A DNA stretch of 64,000 bases from a virus (lineage: Duplodnaviria > Caudoviricetes), in IMG/VR virus record IMGVR_UViG_3300020577_004280, positions 90,038-154,037 of that record; one strand, given 5' to 3'. Positions 28,211-38,761 of this stretch are shown here, piece after piece. Below the pieces are notes generated by a model. The model searched no databases, was not told the DNA's origin, and was given only the letters and a program-made list of their open reading frames with translations. Position numbers and translations under genes: made by a program. Every line of letters begins with the position of its first letter. The first letter of the stretch is position 1.

Positions 28211-30646
28211 TTATACATACAACCAAATAGAATTATGAACTGGTTGAATTCCTGAAATTGAAAGAGTTAATTCCGCTCTTATGTTTGGTTGACCTTCTAA
28301 CATCAAAGGAATACTATTATAACTATATTCTTGAGTCTTAATAAACAATGTAATATTATTTTGTATAGGCTCATTTCCTTGACCGATTACTAATGGTATA
28401 GTACCGCTACCGTATGATGAGCCATTCCATCCTTCTGGACCCCACATAGTGAGATTTAATGCTTTTTCTACACCGCTAGTGTAATTACCAACAGTTAAAT
28501 CTAGAGTATTACTTAAACTTGGCGTCTCTGATTTTAAGAATAGGTTCATACTTGAACTACGTGATACACCTCCGTACCCATCAATATACAAAGGTATAAT
28601 AGAACTTGGATTCACTAACGCTATAGTAGTAGTAAATAAATTTATTGTAGAAAATAACGTTGGTGATTCGGCACCATAAGTAAACAACGTTGTTTGGCTA
28701 TCAATATTTATTGGGTCTTGTGCTGATAAAAACAAAGGAATATATGACAAGATATAATCTGTACCACTTGTATAACAATTAAAACTATTGTTAACAGTAT
28801 CATGACCATAAAGATAACCGGTGAAAGATGACTCTGGTAAAAGTCCCATAAGATATAAATCTATACCACCACTAATAGGAGCGTGTCCATAAGTATATCC
28901 GTATATATCTCCGCTTACAGTTGTGCTGGAAGTCAAGAATAAATCAAGACTAGATACACTAGCATCTGATACAATATGTAATGGAATTTGTGAATATTCT
29001 ACACCGTTTCCACCAATATATAAATCTATCCCAGATGGCACAGATATACCATCTATAGCGTTAGATATTAGCGTCATATTGATAGAATCAATTTGGGTTA
29101 TATCAGAATTACCACTAGTAGAACCAGCGACTTCTAATCTTAGTATTCCACCATTCCAATCGTTCACTTTATTGTAACTAGAGTTAATAGAAGATGAATT
29201 CCTACCAATATCGTATGTATAAATACCACTTGCAGAATCTAGTCTTGGTGTACCATCACTATAATTAGAATACCAAATATAATTAGATTTATCTGATGTT
29301 AAAACTTTAGCTCTAACATAAGAGAAATCATTATAATTTTTTGCTTTTACCGTGATGAACGCGTTAGATATATTTGCTGGTGTGGCTCCAACTAAACCAA
29401 ATTCACTAGTTAAATCAGTTAACTCAAAGTCAATATAATTTTTATATAAATCGCCGTCTAAGCACATAGCTTTAATACCAGAAACTTCTGGTAAAGCAAG
29501 CAACGTCGTAGCACTGCCCCCAACATCATCGGTTCTTACAAGATTATAAGTTTTATTTATACCGCTTATGTCTTCGGCGACATAATAAAGTTTTCTACTC
29601 TTTTGGTTAAATACAATTTCTCTTGTTTGGAAATAGGTTGGACTATTTACAGAAACTATTCTGGTTCCAGAACCAGATGTCAAACTTTCTTTAATAATTC
29701 CGTAGTACGCGGGAGAAAAATAATTATCGGTGGCAGTATAATAAATATTACCACTAGCATAATCGATATCAAAAGCCCCGCCGAACATTCCATAACTAAG
29801 TAATCTTATATAATCCCAAGAACCAGTAAGATGATTAAGCTTATATACTTTGGTTAAATAATTAGTTGGTTCGGTTTTTAACGCATAAATATCATTAGTA
29901 TCTGGATTGATACGTAATCTTCTATCTTGTGTTTCTCTACCAAGTAAAGAGGCTCTGTCAATTTGATATTGTTCATTGGTTAATGATTTAAAATCACCGT
30001 CTTTATCAAGAGAAAACACAGTATTATAGTAGTTTGAAAATGCTATTCCGGCCCCTAAATCTGAACTTAATTGGGCTTCGCGTTTACCATTTTTATCAAC
30101 TCTATAAATTACACAATCATTACCGTCTTCCACACCATAATAAATAAAATCATCGATTGAATTATAAGCTATATGTGTAGATAGTTCTGGATTTATACCG
30201 TTGTAAATTTTAGTAACAGTTGTGGAAGAAAGATTATATTTAATAATACCACTTTCACATACCCAGTACAAGTTTTCTGGTTGTACATAATATCCGCTCT
30301 GATAACTTCTGATTGAACTATTATCAGATAATGAATTATAAGGGTCTTCATCTACATATGACCACATATTCAACGTATTATTATCAGAATTTAACCAGCT
30401 ACCAGAAGCTGTGGAATTTCCACTTGGATATAGTTTTTCCGAATTAGCGTTATATAACGTTAATGTAATACTATTGTTTAACGAAATATGGCCTTGAGTA
30501 TATAAGTCTGTTAATCCAGATGGAGCATCTTTCCCTCCCATAAATAAAGTAAGACCACCGTTTAAACTAGTAGTATTTACTAAATTTTGTCGTATATTTC
30601 GTTCGTCATTAAAGAAAGCTAAAATTGGTGGTAAATGATTAGACAT
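28211..30646 (-). CDS. tail-associated protein with xxLxL(F/Y)xxG repeats and an internal beta-propeller
   Basis: Many ~14-16-aa repeats (GIDLYIGG, IPLFL, MNLFL); propeller-like blades (LYW, FIYY, NIYYT, KLYYV). Confidence 0.6.
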   Translation of the reverse strand: MSNHLPPILAFFNDERNIRQNLVNTTSLNGGLTLFMGGKDAPSGLTDLYTQGHISLNNSITLTLYNANSEKLYPSGNSTASGSWLNSDNNTLNMWSYVDEDPYNSLSDNSSIRSYQSGYYVQPENLYWVCESGIIKYNLSSTTVTKIYNGINPELSTHIAYNSIDDFIYYGVEDGNDCVIYRVDKNGKREAQLSSDLGAGIAFSNYYNTVFSLDKDGDFKSLTNEQYQIDRASLLGRETQDRRLRINPDTNDIYALKTEPTNYLTKVYKLNHLTGSWDYIRLLSYGMFGGAFDIDYASGNIYYTATDNYFSPAYYGIIKESLTSGSGTRIVSVNSPTYFQTREIVFNQKSRKLYYVAEDISGINKTYNLVRTDDVGGSATTLLALPEVSGIKAMCLDGDLYKNYIDFELTDLTSEFGLVGATPANISNAFITVKAKNYNDFSYVRAKVLTSDKSNYIWYSNYSDGTPRLDSASGIYTYDIGRNSSSINSSYNKVNDWNGGILRLEVAGSTSGNSDITQIDSINMTLISNAIDGISVPSGIDLYIGGNGVEYSQIPLHIVSDASVSSLDLFLTSSTTVSGDIYGYTYGHAPISGGIDLYLMGLLPESSFTGYLYGHDTVNNSFNCYTSGTDYILSYIPLFLSAQDPINIDSQTTLFTYGAESPTLFSTINLFTTTIALVNPSSIIPLYIDGYGGVSRSSSMNLFLKSETPSLSNTLDLTVGNYTSGVEKALNLTMWGPEGWNGSSYGSGTIPLVIGQGNEPIQNNITLFIKTQEYSYNSIPLMLEGQPNIRAELTLSISGIQPVHNSIWLYV

Positions 30647-30654
30647 AGATATTC

Positions 30655-33600
30655 CTATTTCTTCTTTCCACCTTGACCAACGGTATTATCTACTGCTGGC
30701 ATGTTATTCTTACTTGTATATTGCGTTAAAGCTTCCTTAGCTTTATTTACCGCGATTTGTTCAATTTGTGGTAATAAACTTTGTAGAACTTCAGCACCAT
30801 TAAATATAACTTCAACTTTATGATTAGCTTCCAAACTAATAGTATGTGGGAAAGCGTTTAAGATTTTACCTAAATCTTGCACCGCTGTATTAAACACATT
30901 GACAGATGAGCTAAACCCTTCAATATTTGGAGGTTGTCCACCATTACCGCCCGACGGTGTAGCTTCGCGTTGTGGTCCTAAATCTCTACCGGCTGCTTTA
31001 GGTGTACGACCGAATAACTTACCTAGTTTTTCAGCGTCGGTTTGTTCACTAAGAGGCTTAACATAAGGTACACCGCTATTCTTGTGTGTATCTGGTAATG
31101 GTATAATATTTGGACTATAGCCTCTATCCAATAAATCTTTAGCATCCGGACCATATCTATTATTTGATGGATTTTCATTACCTGGATTGTATCCTCTATA
31201 TAATAAATCTTCTAGACCTTGTTTTGATGGTATTCTTTGTGTTTTAAAATTACTACCAGTAAATTTATTTCGTACAGTACTAGCAGATTGACTACTTAAT
31301 AATGTACTGTTTAATCCGCGTACACCAGTTACACCATCTACACCACTAATATTATTACTATTAGTACTAGTAGTCTTAGTAACACGAGATTGTTCTAGTT
31401 CGGCGCGTTTTTGTGCTGCAACTTTGATAATAGCTTTATTTTCAGCTAAACCAGGTCTATATCTATTACGATATTCTTCAATATATTTCTTATTCTGTTC
31501 TTTTGAAGATTTGCTCTGAGCATCGCGTTGCTTACGGTACGCTTCAACATCCAGTTTATTTTGTTTGAGACGACTACTTCTTTCTTTAGCTCTTTTTTCA
31601 ATTTCTAGTTGAACTTCTTCATCTGTTAATTGACTACCGCTTTTATTTACAGAAGATGATGGTGTCAACGTACTAATAGAACCATCAGAAGGTGTCTTAT
31701 TACTATAGTCTTCAGTTTTTGCTAATTTACTCTTAAGACTAGCATTTTGTTCTTGTCTACGTTTATCTACATCAGAGTTAAATTTTTCTCTAGCAATACG
31801 TTTTTCTTCTTCTTGAGCCGCAACGTCTTTAGCAACTGGATAACCATATCCACCATATAGTTTATCATTTGTATGTTTATCTATAGATTGTTTATAACCT
31901 TTATCAGCTAAATCTTTAGCTGTCATCCCTGGTTTAAAACCATATTTTTCACGCAGTTCTTTAGCTGCTGGACTTTCACGTTTAGCAGCTTCGTCACTAG
32001 ATTTTTGTTTAACGTTTTGTTCTGTAATATGTTGATGAAACTGTTTGTTAAGACGTTCAGCTTCAGCTTTCCTTTGCTTAAAAGCAGGGTCAGTTTCTGA
32101 ACGTATCTTAGCTTGACGCTCGGAAACCTTTTTATCAAGATGAGCGCTACGTATTTGTTCGTTGTAGTTTAAGTCTACGGTTTCTTGAGCTAATGAAGCT
32201 AGACCTTCACCGCTTTTTAATGGTGTAGTACCAGTCAAGCCAGACATAGCATTATGTAGATATCCACCTAATCCATCTAAAGCCGGATGAATTAGCTGTC
32301 TACCCATAAATTCAACCGATTTATTTTCTCCGGTAGTATTGCCGTAATCGTCTTTGCCGTCAATTAAATTGCGGTTTGAAACAGCACCTATAGCTGTACT
32401 TACCGGTCCAAACAACGGGTGGTTTAATACATTGGTCAAACCCTTAATAGGATGTTTAACACCATATTTAGCTGCACCAAAAGCGTTACTACCAAATTTA
32501 CTTAGGCCACTACCAATCCTACTTAAGAAACTTGGAGGTTTTGGACCTGTTAAAAATTTACCTTTACGTATTATATCTTTAACTCTATAATTTGGATATA
32601 TAGTTTTCTTAGCTTCTGCTGCTTGATAAACGCCTTCTGGACTTGGTAAATTACCAGCTATGTTAGGTGTACTAGTAGAAGGGCCACCGGTATATTTACC
32701 GATAGGATTTTGACCAAATACTGGCGGTGTACCGTAAATTTTGCCACGAGCAGTCGTACCAATTCTACGTTGTTTACCAAACGCTGGAGAAACTTTTTCA
32801 AACGCTGTAGTACCAATCTTTTTTACATATTGAGAGAATGGTACACGTACACCTGCTGTAGTACCAATACGTCTTGGAATCTTAAACGTAGTATCCTTAC
32901 TTAGGTTTGGTATCTGTATTTGAGATGGGTCAAATTTACCTATTCTATCAGCAATAGTAGGCTTCTTAATATATTCAGATAGCTCTGGCATAATTTCCTG
33001 TAAAGACTTTACTTTATCAGGAACGAGTGCTAGCAATCTTTCTAATCCTTTACCACCTTTTAACGCGTGTTTAGTTGCTTTAGCGAATCTTTCAGTTGGT
33101 CTAGCAAGATATTTTTGTATATCAGCATCTCTTAAGTTGTACCCTTCGACATCAGCTAACGCTTCTATCCCAGCTTTATCACCAAATAATTTAGCTATTT
33201 TAGCCATTGGTGTTCTAGTTTTTTGGCTAGAAGTAATAAAATCTTTAGCTTCGTTAGATGATTTGTAATCTAAACCATGTAAAGCTTCTTCAACAATAGT
33301 ATTGACACCAGCAGCTTGAGGATTAAGAATAATACTATTTTTAGGGAAACTACCTAATCTACCACCAGCACTATATGCGCCTCTAGCAGTATGACCTTTA
33401 GAATTCGTCAAACCCTGTTGACTAAATATATTTTCACCAACAATATCTCCAATATTAATTCCAAGAGGACCAAGTATTCTGTTAGCTTCTCCTATGAATC
33501 TTAGTAATTGTCTATTACTTTTACCACCAGAGAACGGATTAAGTTTAACTGGCCCACTACTGCCATCAGCAAATTTTTGAGCATGACCAAAGTTCATAGC

Positions 33601-36600
33601 GTCTAGTTTTGTTGCACCAATCTTAGATACAGCTTTTTTATTTAATACGTACTCACCAGGAGTAAGCAATGCTTTAACGGTATCACCGCCACCAAATCCT
33701 TTAACGCGACCACCTGTAGCAAATCTAGAACTTTGAGTACCATTTCTAGCATCATTAATTTTACCATTAAGACCTGATAAATTTGCGTCAATTTTATTTA
33801 ATTGTTCTGTATAGCCTTGAATAGAATCGGTTAATTCTTGAAAAGAATCTAGATTTTCCAATAAACCATCAGCAGAAAAAGCTTTATTTACTTCATCTAA
33901 AGATTGTAGAACCTTGCTAGCCTGTTCTGGAGTAAACTGAGAATAAATACTATTATGTATATCGCTACGACGCTTATCGATACTATCCAACTTCTCTTTT
34001 TGGATTTTTTTTAATTCTTCACGTCTTGCTTCTAAATCACTACTGGTTGTGTCAATAAATCCACCACCCGGTATCGCTTGACGAACAGTTTTACCCTTAG
34101 CTTCAGCTATACGTGTTAACTCTTGAGTACTAAAATTACTACCTAGTTCTTGTTGTAAAGCATTAAAGATATCTTCTTTTTTCGTTACATTATAATCTTT
34201 CTTAATCTTAGCTTGCTGAACACCAACATATTCTTTATTAATTGCATCCAAACTATTAATTTCATTAAGATTATTTTTTAGATACTTAATATTATTAGGT
34301 TGAGTTAAATCAATCCCTATTTTTTTACCTAAAGTAGTAATATCTGATTGTCTTTTTTCTATAGCAGCTTTACCGGTGACTATTCCGTTTTTATTTTGGT
34401 CTTCTGTTTGACGTTGTTTTTCTAGTAAGTCAATTTCTGATTGTTTGCGTATTTCAGCTATCCAGTTATAAATAGCCGCTTTTAGTTCTTGTTGAGAAGT
34501 AGTAATGGATTCAGCATATATTTTTTGAGCGTCAATACTCTTTTGTTGAGCATCTAATATACGTTGTTGTAGTTGTCCCTCTTCTTGTGTTTTCTGTACA
34601 TTAGCTCTAGCGTCAGCTTCAGACATACCCAAATTATTTTTAAGGAAATTAACTTGAGTATCTTCTGATAGTTGTCTTGCGTTAACACCGAATACTTTAG
34701 ACTCACCAAAATTATCAAGCATACTAAGAACACCAGCGCGTAATGTTTCTGGAATACTTTCTATATTGCGTGTTTGTGCTAATCTAGCAGTAGCAGCAAT
34801 AGTAGTATTTATATCCATACGTTCTGAGTTAGTACCAAAAGTATAAGCTTTAATCAAATCTCTACGAGGTTGATTTTCTTCTTTTACACGATTGTACATT
34901 TCTTCTAGTACAGTAGCGTCATGAGCGGATTCACCAAGCATTTCCAAACCTTTGGTAACTCTGCCAAGTTCTTCCGCTAGTTTTTCACGTTCTTCTGTTA
35001 ATTTAGTGAAATCATCAAATTTAGGATTCTTACGTAATTTATCATCGATACCTTTGATTTGGTTTTCTAGTTTATTTCTATCTAACCCCAATGATTGCGC
35101 AGATGCCCCAGCACGACTACCCAAAACTCTGTTTAAATTCGCTTTGTTATTAGAGAGTTGGTTTTCGTATTGTTGTCTGAAGTCACCACGATTAAATTCA
35201 ACACGTTTATTAGCTAACGCTGTTTCTGAATCAGCAATCTGATTTTGTCTATCAATAAGCTGAAAAGTAATATCTCTATATTTAGCCAATCCTTGAGTAA
35301 AAACATTAAGTATATTTTCAATTACAGGAGCGGCTTCCTTGAAAGGATTAATAAACTGTTTTAGACCTTCAGCAATTTTATCAGCTACATCATAAACATT
35401 AGCTTCAATATCATCCAAAAGTTTATCTGGTTTTGATTCTCTACCGATAAGTTTGGTGACTTGTGAGGCTAATACATCACGTAATTCTGGAGAAAGATTA
35501 CCTATTTCATCTTTAAATCTGTCTACAAATTCTCCGCTATCGCTGAACGCTGGTTGATTAGCGACTGTTTGTAAAATACGTGGAAGTGAACTTATAATAT
35601 CTGGTACAGATTTAATACTATCAGCAAGTCTATTCCCAGTATCACCAAAGAAAGAACCGATACTTTGCGTAACACTATTGAAACGACCGTCACTACCATT
35701 ACGAATATTCTCAAATATACTAGTGTTTACTTTTGCCCCAAACGCACCAGGATTACCGCTAAATATACTATCAAATTGCTCAAGAGAATCGGCAAAGTTA
35801 TCTACTTTATGGGTAAGATTACCAATACTTGTTAATAAACCCTCAATTTCACGTATACGTCTTATTTCTTGGTCTTGTGCTTTAGCTAGATTTTCTAAAG
35901 CTTTTTGTTCAATAACTTGGTCTCTAATAATTTCTTCCAAGTTCTTTTTATATTCATCTAAAGTTTGATTAGAAAATTCAGCGTATATTGAAATAGCATT
36001 ATGCAGTTCTTTATCTAAGTCTTCAAAACTCTTTCTATTAAGAGCTATAGTATTAATAAATGTGCCCAAATCAATTAAAGATGAATCAATAGACCCGCGA
36101 ATACTTTCTTTTTCGCGAGCAGAAGAAGCGTTTACAAGCTTATCTCTAAATCCAGTAAATTTTGATTCTACTCTACCAATACCAAGTTCTGGATTAACTT
36201 CTCCCGCCTTACTGCGTTGCAAATACGTTACTTCTTTATCGAATTCAGACTTAAATTGTGCCATACGTACTTCTTCAGCAGCTTTCTGATTAGCTGAAGC
36301 AAAGCCCCATATAGCACCAGTAAGAGTTGTTAGCGTTGCAACTACAGCGGCGGCAGCAGTACTAAATGGAGCAATAACCAAGGCTAAAGCACCACCAATT
36401 AGTAAAGCGTTATTACCGCCGTTTAACGTACCTTCTATTGATTTATTTCTCTGATATGAACTATAGTTTTGCAGTTTTAGCTCTGCGTCAGCCATTTCAT
36501 TAAACTGTGCGGCTAATTCTGAAGTAATAGCGGAAACTGCTGCTCCAGCAAATACAAATTTATCTATGCTTACACCTAATTGTGCAGCTTTTCTAGCTTG

Positions 36601-38730
36601 ACCATTTGGACCTATAGTCGCTTTGGTGACATTGGTTACATTTTGTCCAGCTAATAATTGCGCTCTAGTTGGACCAATATTATTAGCGTTTGCAGCATTA
36701 ACAGCTTTCAAATTACTAATCGCTTGTTGTCTTTGTACCTGCCCGCTAGCAACTAGTCTACCAACATTAATAGAAGTCAGTTTTTTATTTAAAAAAGCAA
36801 AACCTAATCCAAGTACACCTAATTGAGATACAGCGTTTCCAATAGAAGTAGAAAATTTATTAACTTCTTCTCCTGGTTTTGCTAATACACCTCCTAACAA
36901 TGCTCCTATTGGGCCGCCTAAAAACGCTGCTGATGTTAACCCTCTATTTAATCCACCAGAACCAATATTAGATAATCCAGTATACGCCAAAGCGTTTGAA
37001 ACAGGACTATTGATAGAACTAGTAAAACTTGAATTTTTAGATGCTCCTGTAATACTTGATGGATTAATTGCTTGAGGCACACCTTTCCCAAAAAATCCAG
37101 CAGTGTATTGTGTAGCTAAAAAGGAACCTCCAACCAAAGCAAAACTTTGTAAAGCTGGTAGTAGTTTAGTTAAAGCTGATGTTAATTGAATAGCTGAGTT
37201 TGCCATATTCAACATAAAGTCAGCAGAGTCTTTAAACGCATCACTACTAACCAATGTACGTATTACCGCGTCAAAACGTTCTTTAAGTTTAGTCAGTTTA
37301 TTAGCGAAAGAATCTTGTGCTTTAATAGAGTCTTCAGTAAGAGAATTACCTGAACGTAAAGCTACGTCTCTAGCGGCTAGAGCTATATTGAATTGTTTGA
37401 TTAATGGAATTGATTTACCGATTTGACGGAACCCACCTAATTCCTCAAGAATTTGAGCGAATCTTGGGTCTTTATTGCTAATACCATCTAAAGCCTTACT
37501 TAATCTTGCAATCGCTTTGAATGGTCCTACGAACAAACCTTTATCATCTTTTAAGTCAATACCAAGAGATTCCAAAAAGTTTTGTGTACGAGTACGTTGA
37601 AGTCTGGTAAAGATAGTACGTAAGCCTGTAGAAATACTTTCTGCGCTTTCACGAGTAGTTGCACGAACAGAAGTAAATAAACCTAATAGTTCTTCTAGAC
37701 TACCACCGGCTGCTTGAAAAGCACCACCAGTACGACGTAAAGCCGTGATAATATCAGAAGATTCAACAGCAAATTTAGCAGATACACTATTGATAGCAGA
37801 CATATCTTTTTCAAGGTCACGAACGTTTTTACCGAACTGTGCCATCAAAGCGATAGCACCTTCGGTTGTATTTTCAATATCCTCGAAAGTAGCAGATAGT
37901 TCGGTTTTCGCTAGTGTTTCTAGAGCGATTCTTGTATCTTCAGCATTATAACCGGCTTGTGCTAAAATTTGAGCAACGTTTAATAGTTTTTGAGAGCTAA
38001 CACCTAAACCTGTAGATAATCTAGTAACCTCACTAGACAAACCTGACAAATCCTGTACAGCTAATCCGGTAACCTGTCTAATCTTGATTAATTCTTTTTC
38101 AAACTCAATAGCACCAGAAACACTTTTTCTAAAAGCTTCAAATAATGTATAGAAACCAGAAGCTACCAAGGTTAAAGCTGCGTATCTACGAATAGCAGCC
38201 GCAGACTGCGCACCGAAACGTTCTATCTCGTTGGCGGCAGTAGCGGCGGCTTTAGCTGTACTCTGCAAAGACTTAGTAGCATTATTACTGCCTACACTAA
38301 CGGTAATAGTCTTACTCTTCAATTGCAATAGCAATCTTAAAGTAGAATTAATACCTTTGGGTAGATTAACGTTTACGTTAACTGTACCAGCCTTTTGTAT
38401 TTTAGCGTGCAATCTTTTGATTGTAGCTTCGGCTGACTTAGAGATGGTTAATTTAATTGGAACGTCAGCGGCATCACGCAAAGCGGTATTTAAACGCTTT
38501 TTGACTTTACTCATACTTGACGGGTATAACAGTTTTAATTCAATACCAGAGACAGCTTGAATATCAGATTTTAGTTTACGTTTGAAAGCCGCAAAGTTAG
38601 ATGGTAACTTAATTTTGGTTTCAATTGTATTAATTGATTTAAAAGCTGTTTTAATATCTTTAGCCACCTGCTTTAAATTAGCTGGTGGTAGTAATTTCAT
38701 TTGTGCTGTTATAAAAAATCTATTTGCCAT
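30655..38730 (-). CDS. tail tape measure protein (TP901-type core) with C-terminal accessory domains
   Basis: 2691 aa; INSVSAKFAVESSDII, TRESAESISTGLRTIFTRL; TM-like segments; FATGG..GDTVKALLTPGEYVLNK. Confidence 0.92.
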   Translation of the reverse strand: MANRFFITAQMKLLPPANLKQVAKDIKTAFKSINTIETKIKLPSNFAAFKRKLKSDIQAVSGIELKLLYPSSMSKVKKRLNTALRDAADVPIKLTISKSAEATIKRLHAKIQKAGTVNVNVNLPKGINSTLRLLLQLKSKTITVSVGSNNATKSLQSTAKAAATAANEIERFGAQSAAAIRRYAALTLVASGFYTLFEAFRKSVSGAIEFEKELIKIRQVTGLAVQDLSGLSSEVTRLSTGLGVSSQKLLNVAQILAQAGYNAEDTRIALETLAKTELSATFEDIENTTEGAIALMAQFGKNVRDLEKDMSAINSVSAKFAVESSDIITALRRTGGAFQAAGGSLEELLGLFTSVRATTRESAESISTGLRTIFTRLQRTRTQNFLESLGIDLKDDKGLFVGPFKAIARLSKALDGISNKDPRFAQILEELGGFRQIGKSIPLIKQFNIALAARDVALRSGNSLTEDSIKAQDSFANKLTKLKERFDAVIRTLVSSDAFKDSADFMLNMANSAIQLTSALTKLLPALQSFALVGGSFLATQYTAGFFGKGVPQAINPSSITGASKNSSFTSSINSPVSNALAYTGLSNIGSGGLNRGLTSAAFLGGPIGALLGGVLAKPGEEVNKFSTSIGNAVSQLGVLGLGFAFLNKKLTSINVGRLVASGQVQRQQAISNLKAVNAANANNIGPTRAQLLAGQNVTNVTKATIGPNGQARKAAQLGVSIDKFVFAGAAVSAITSELAAQFNEMADAELKLQNYSSYQRNKSIEGTLNGGNNALLIGGALALVIAPFSTAAAAVVATLTTLTGAIWGFASANQKAAEEVRMAQFKSEFDKEVTYLQRSKAGEVNPELGIGRVESKFTGFRDKLVNASSAREKESIRGSIDSSLIDLGTFINTIALNRKSFEDLDKELHNAISIYAEFSNQTLDEYKKNLEEIIRDQVIEQKALENLAKAQDQEIRRIREIEGLLTSIGNLTHKVDNFADSLEQFDSIFSGNPGAFGAKVNTSIFENIRNGSDGRFNSVTQSIGSFFGDTGNRLADSIKSVPDIISSLPRILQTVANQPAFSDSGEFVDRFKDEIGNLSPELRDVLASQVTKLIGRESKPDKLLDDIEANVYDVADKIAEGLKQFINPFKEAAPVIENILNVFTQGLAKYRDITFQLIDRQNQIADSETALANKRVEFNRGDFRQQYENQLSNNKANLNRVLGSRAGASAQSLGLDRNKLENQIKGIDDKLRKNPKFDDFTKLTEEREKLAEELGRVTKGLEMLGESAHDATVLEEMYNRVKEENQPRRDLIKAYTFGTNSERMDINTTIAATARLAQTRNIESIPETLRAGVLSMLDNFGESKVFGVNARQLSEDTQVNFLKNNLGMSEADARANVQKTQEEGQLQQRILDAQQKSIDAQKIYAESITTSQQELKAAIYNWIAEIRKQSEIDLLEKQRQTEDQNKNGIVTGKAAIEKRQSDITTLGKKIGIDLTQPNNIKYLKNNLNEINSLDAINKEYVGVQQAKIKKDYNVTKKEDIFNALQQELGSNFSTQELTRIAEAKGKTVRQAIPGGGFIDTTSSDLEARREELKKIQKEKLDSIDKRRSDIHNSIYSQFTPEQASKVLQSLDEVNKAFSADGLLENLDSFQELTDSIQGYTEQLNKIDANLSGLNGKINDARNGTQSSRFATGGRVKGFGGGDTVKALLTPGEYVLNKKAVSKIGATKLDAMNFGHAQKFADGSSGPVKLNPFSGGKSNRQLLRFIGEANRILGPLGINIGDIVGENIFSQQGLTNSKGHTARGAYSAGGRLGSFPKNSIILNPQAAGVNTIVEEALHGLDYKSSNEAKDFITSSQKTRTPMAKIAKLFGDKAGIEALADVEGYNLRDADIQKYLARPTERFAKATKHALKGGKGLERLLALVPDKVKSLQEIMPELSEYIKKPTIADRIGKFDPSQIQIPNLSKDTTFKIPRRIGTTAGVRVPFSQYVKKIGTTAFEKVSPAFGKQRRIGTTARGKIYGTPPVFGQNPIGKYTGGPSTSTPNIAGNLPSPEGVYQAAEAKKTIYPNYRVKDIIRKGKFLTGPKPPSFLSRIGSGLSKFGSNAFGAAKYGVKHPIKGLTNVLNHPLFGPVSTAIGAVSNRNLIDGKDDYGNTTGENKSVEFMGRQLIHPALDGLGGYLHNAMSGLTGTTPLKSGEGLASLAQETVDLNYNEQIRSAHLDKKVSERQAKIRSETDPAFKQRKAEAERLNKQFHQHITEQNVKQKSSDEAAKRESPAAKELREKYGFKPGMTAKDLADKGYKQSIDKHTNDKLYGGYGYPVAKDVAAQEEEKRIAREKFNSDVDKRRQEQNASLKSKLAKTEDYSNKTPSDGSISTLTPSSSVNKSGSQLTDEEVQLEIEKRAKERSSRLKQNKLDVEAYRKQRDAQSKSSKEQNKKYIEEYRNRYRPGLAENKAIIKVAAQKRAELEQSRVTKTTSTNSNNISGVDGVTGVRGLNSTLLSSQSASTVRNKFTGSNFKTQRIPSKQGLEDLLYRGYNPGNENPSNNRYGPDAKDLLDRGYSPNIIPLPDTHKNSGVPYVKPLSEQTDAEKLGKLFGRTPKAAGRDLGPQREATPSGGNGGQPPNIEGFSSSVNVFNTAVQDLGKILNAFPHTISLEANHKVEVIFNGAEVLQSLLPQIEQIAVNKAKEALTQYTSKNNMPAVDNTVGQGGKKK

Positions 38731-38761
38731 CGACGTTCTTTCTTATGTAAGAATAAACATC

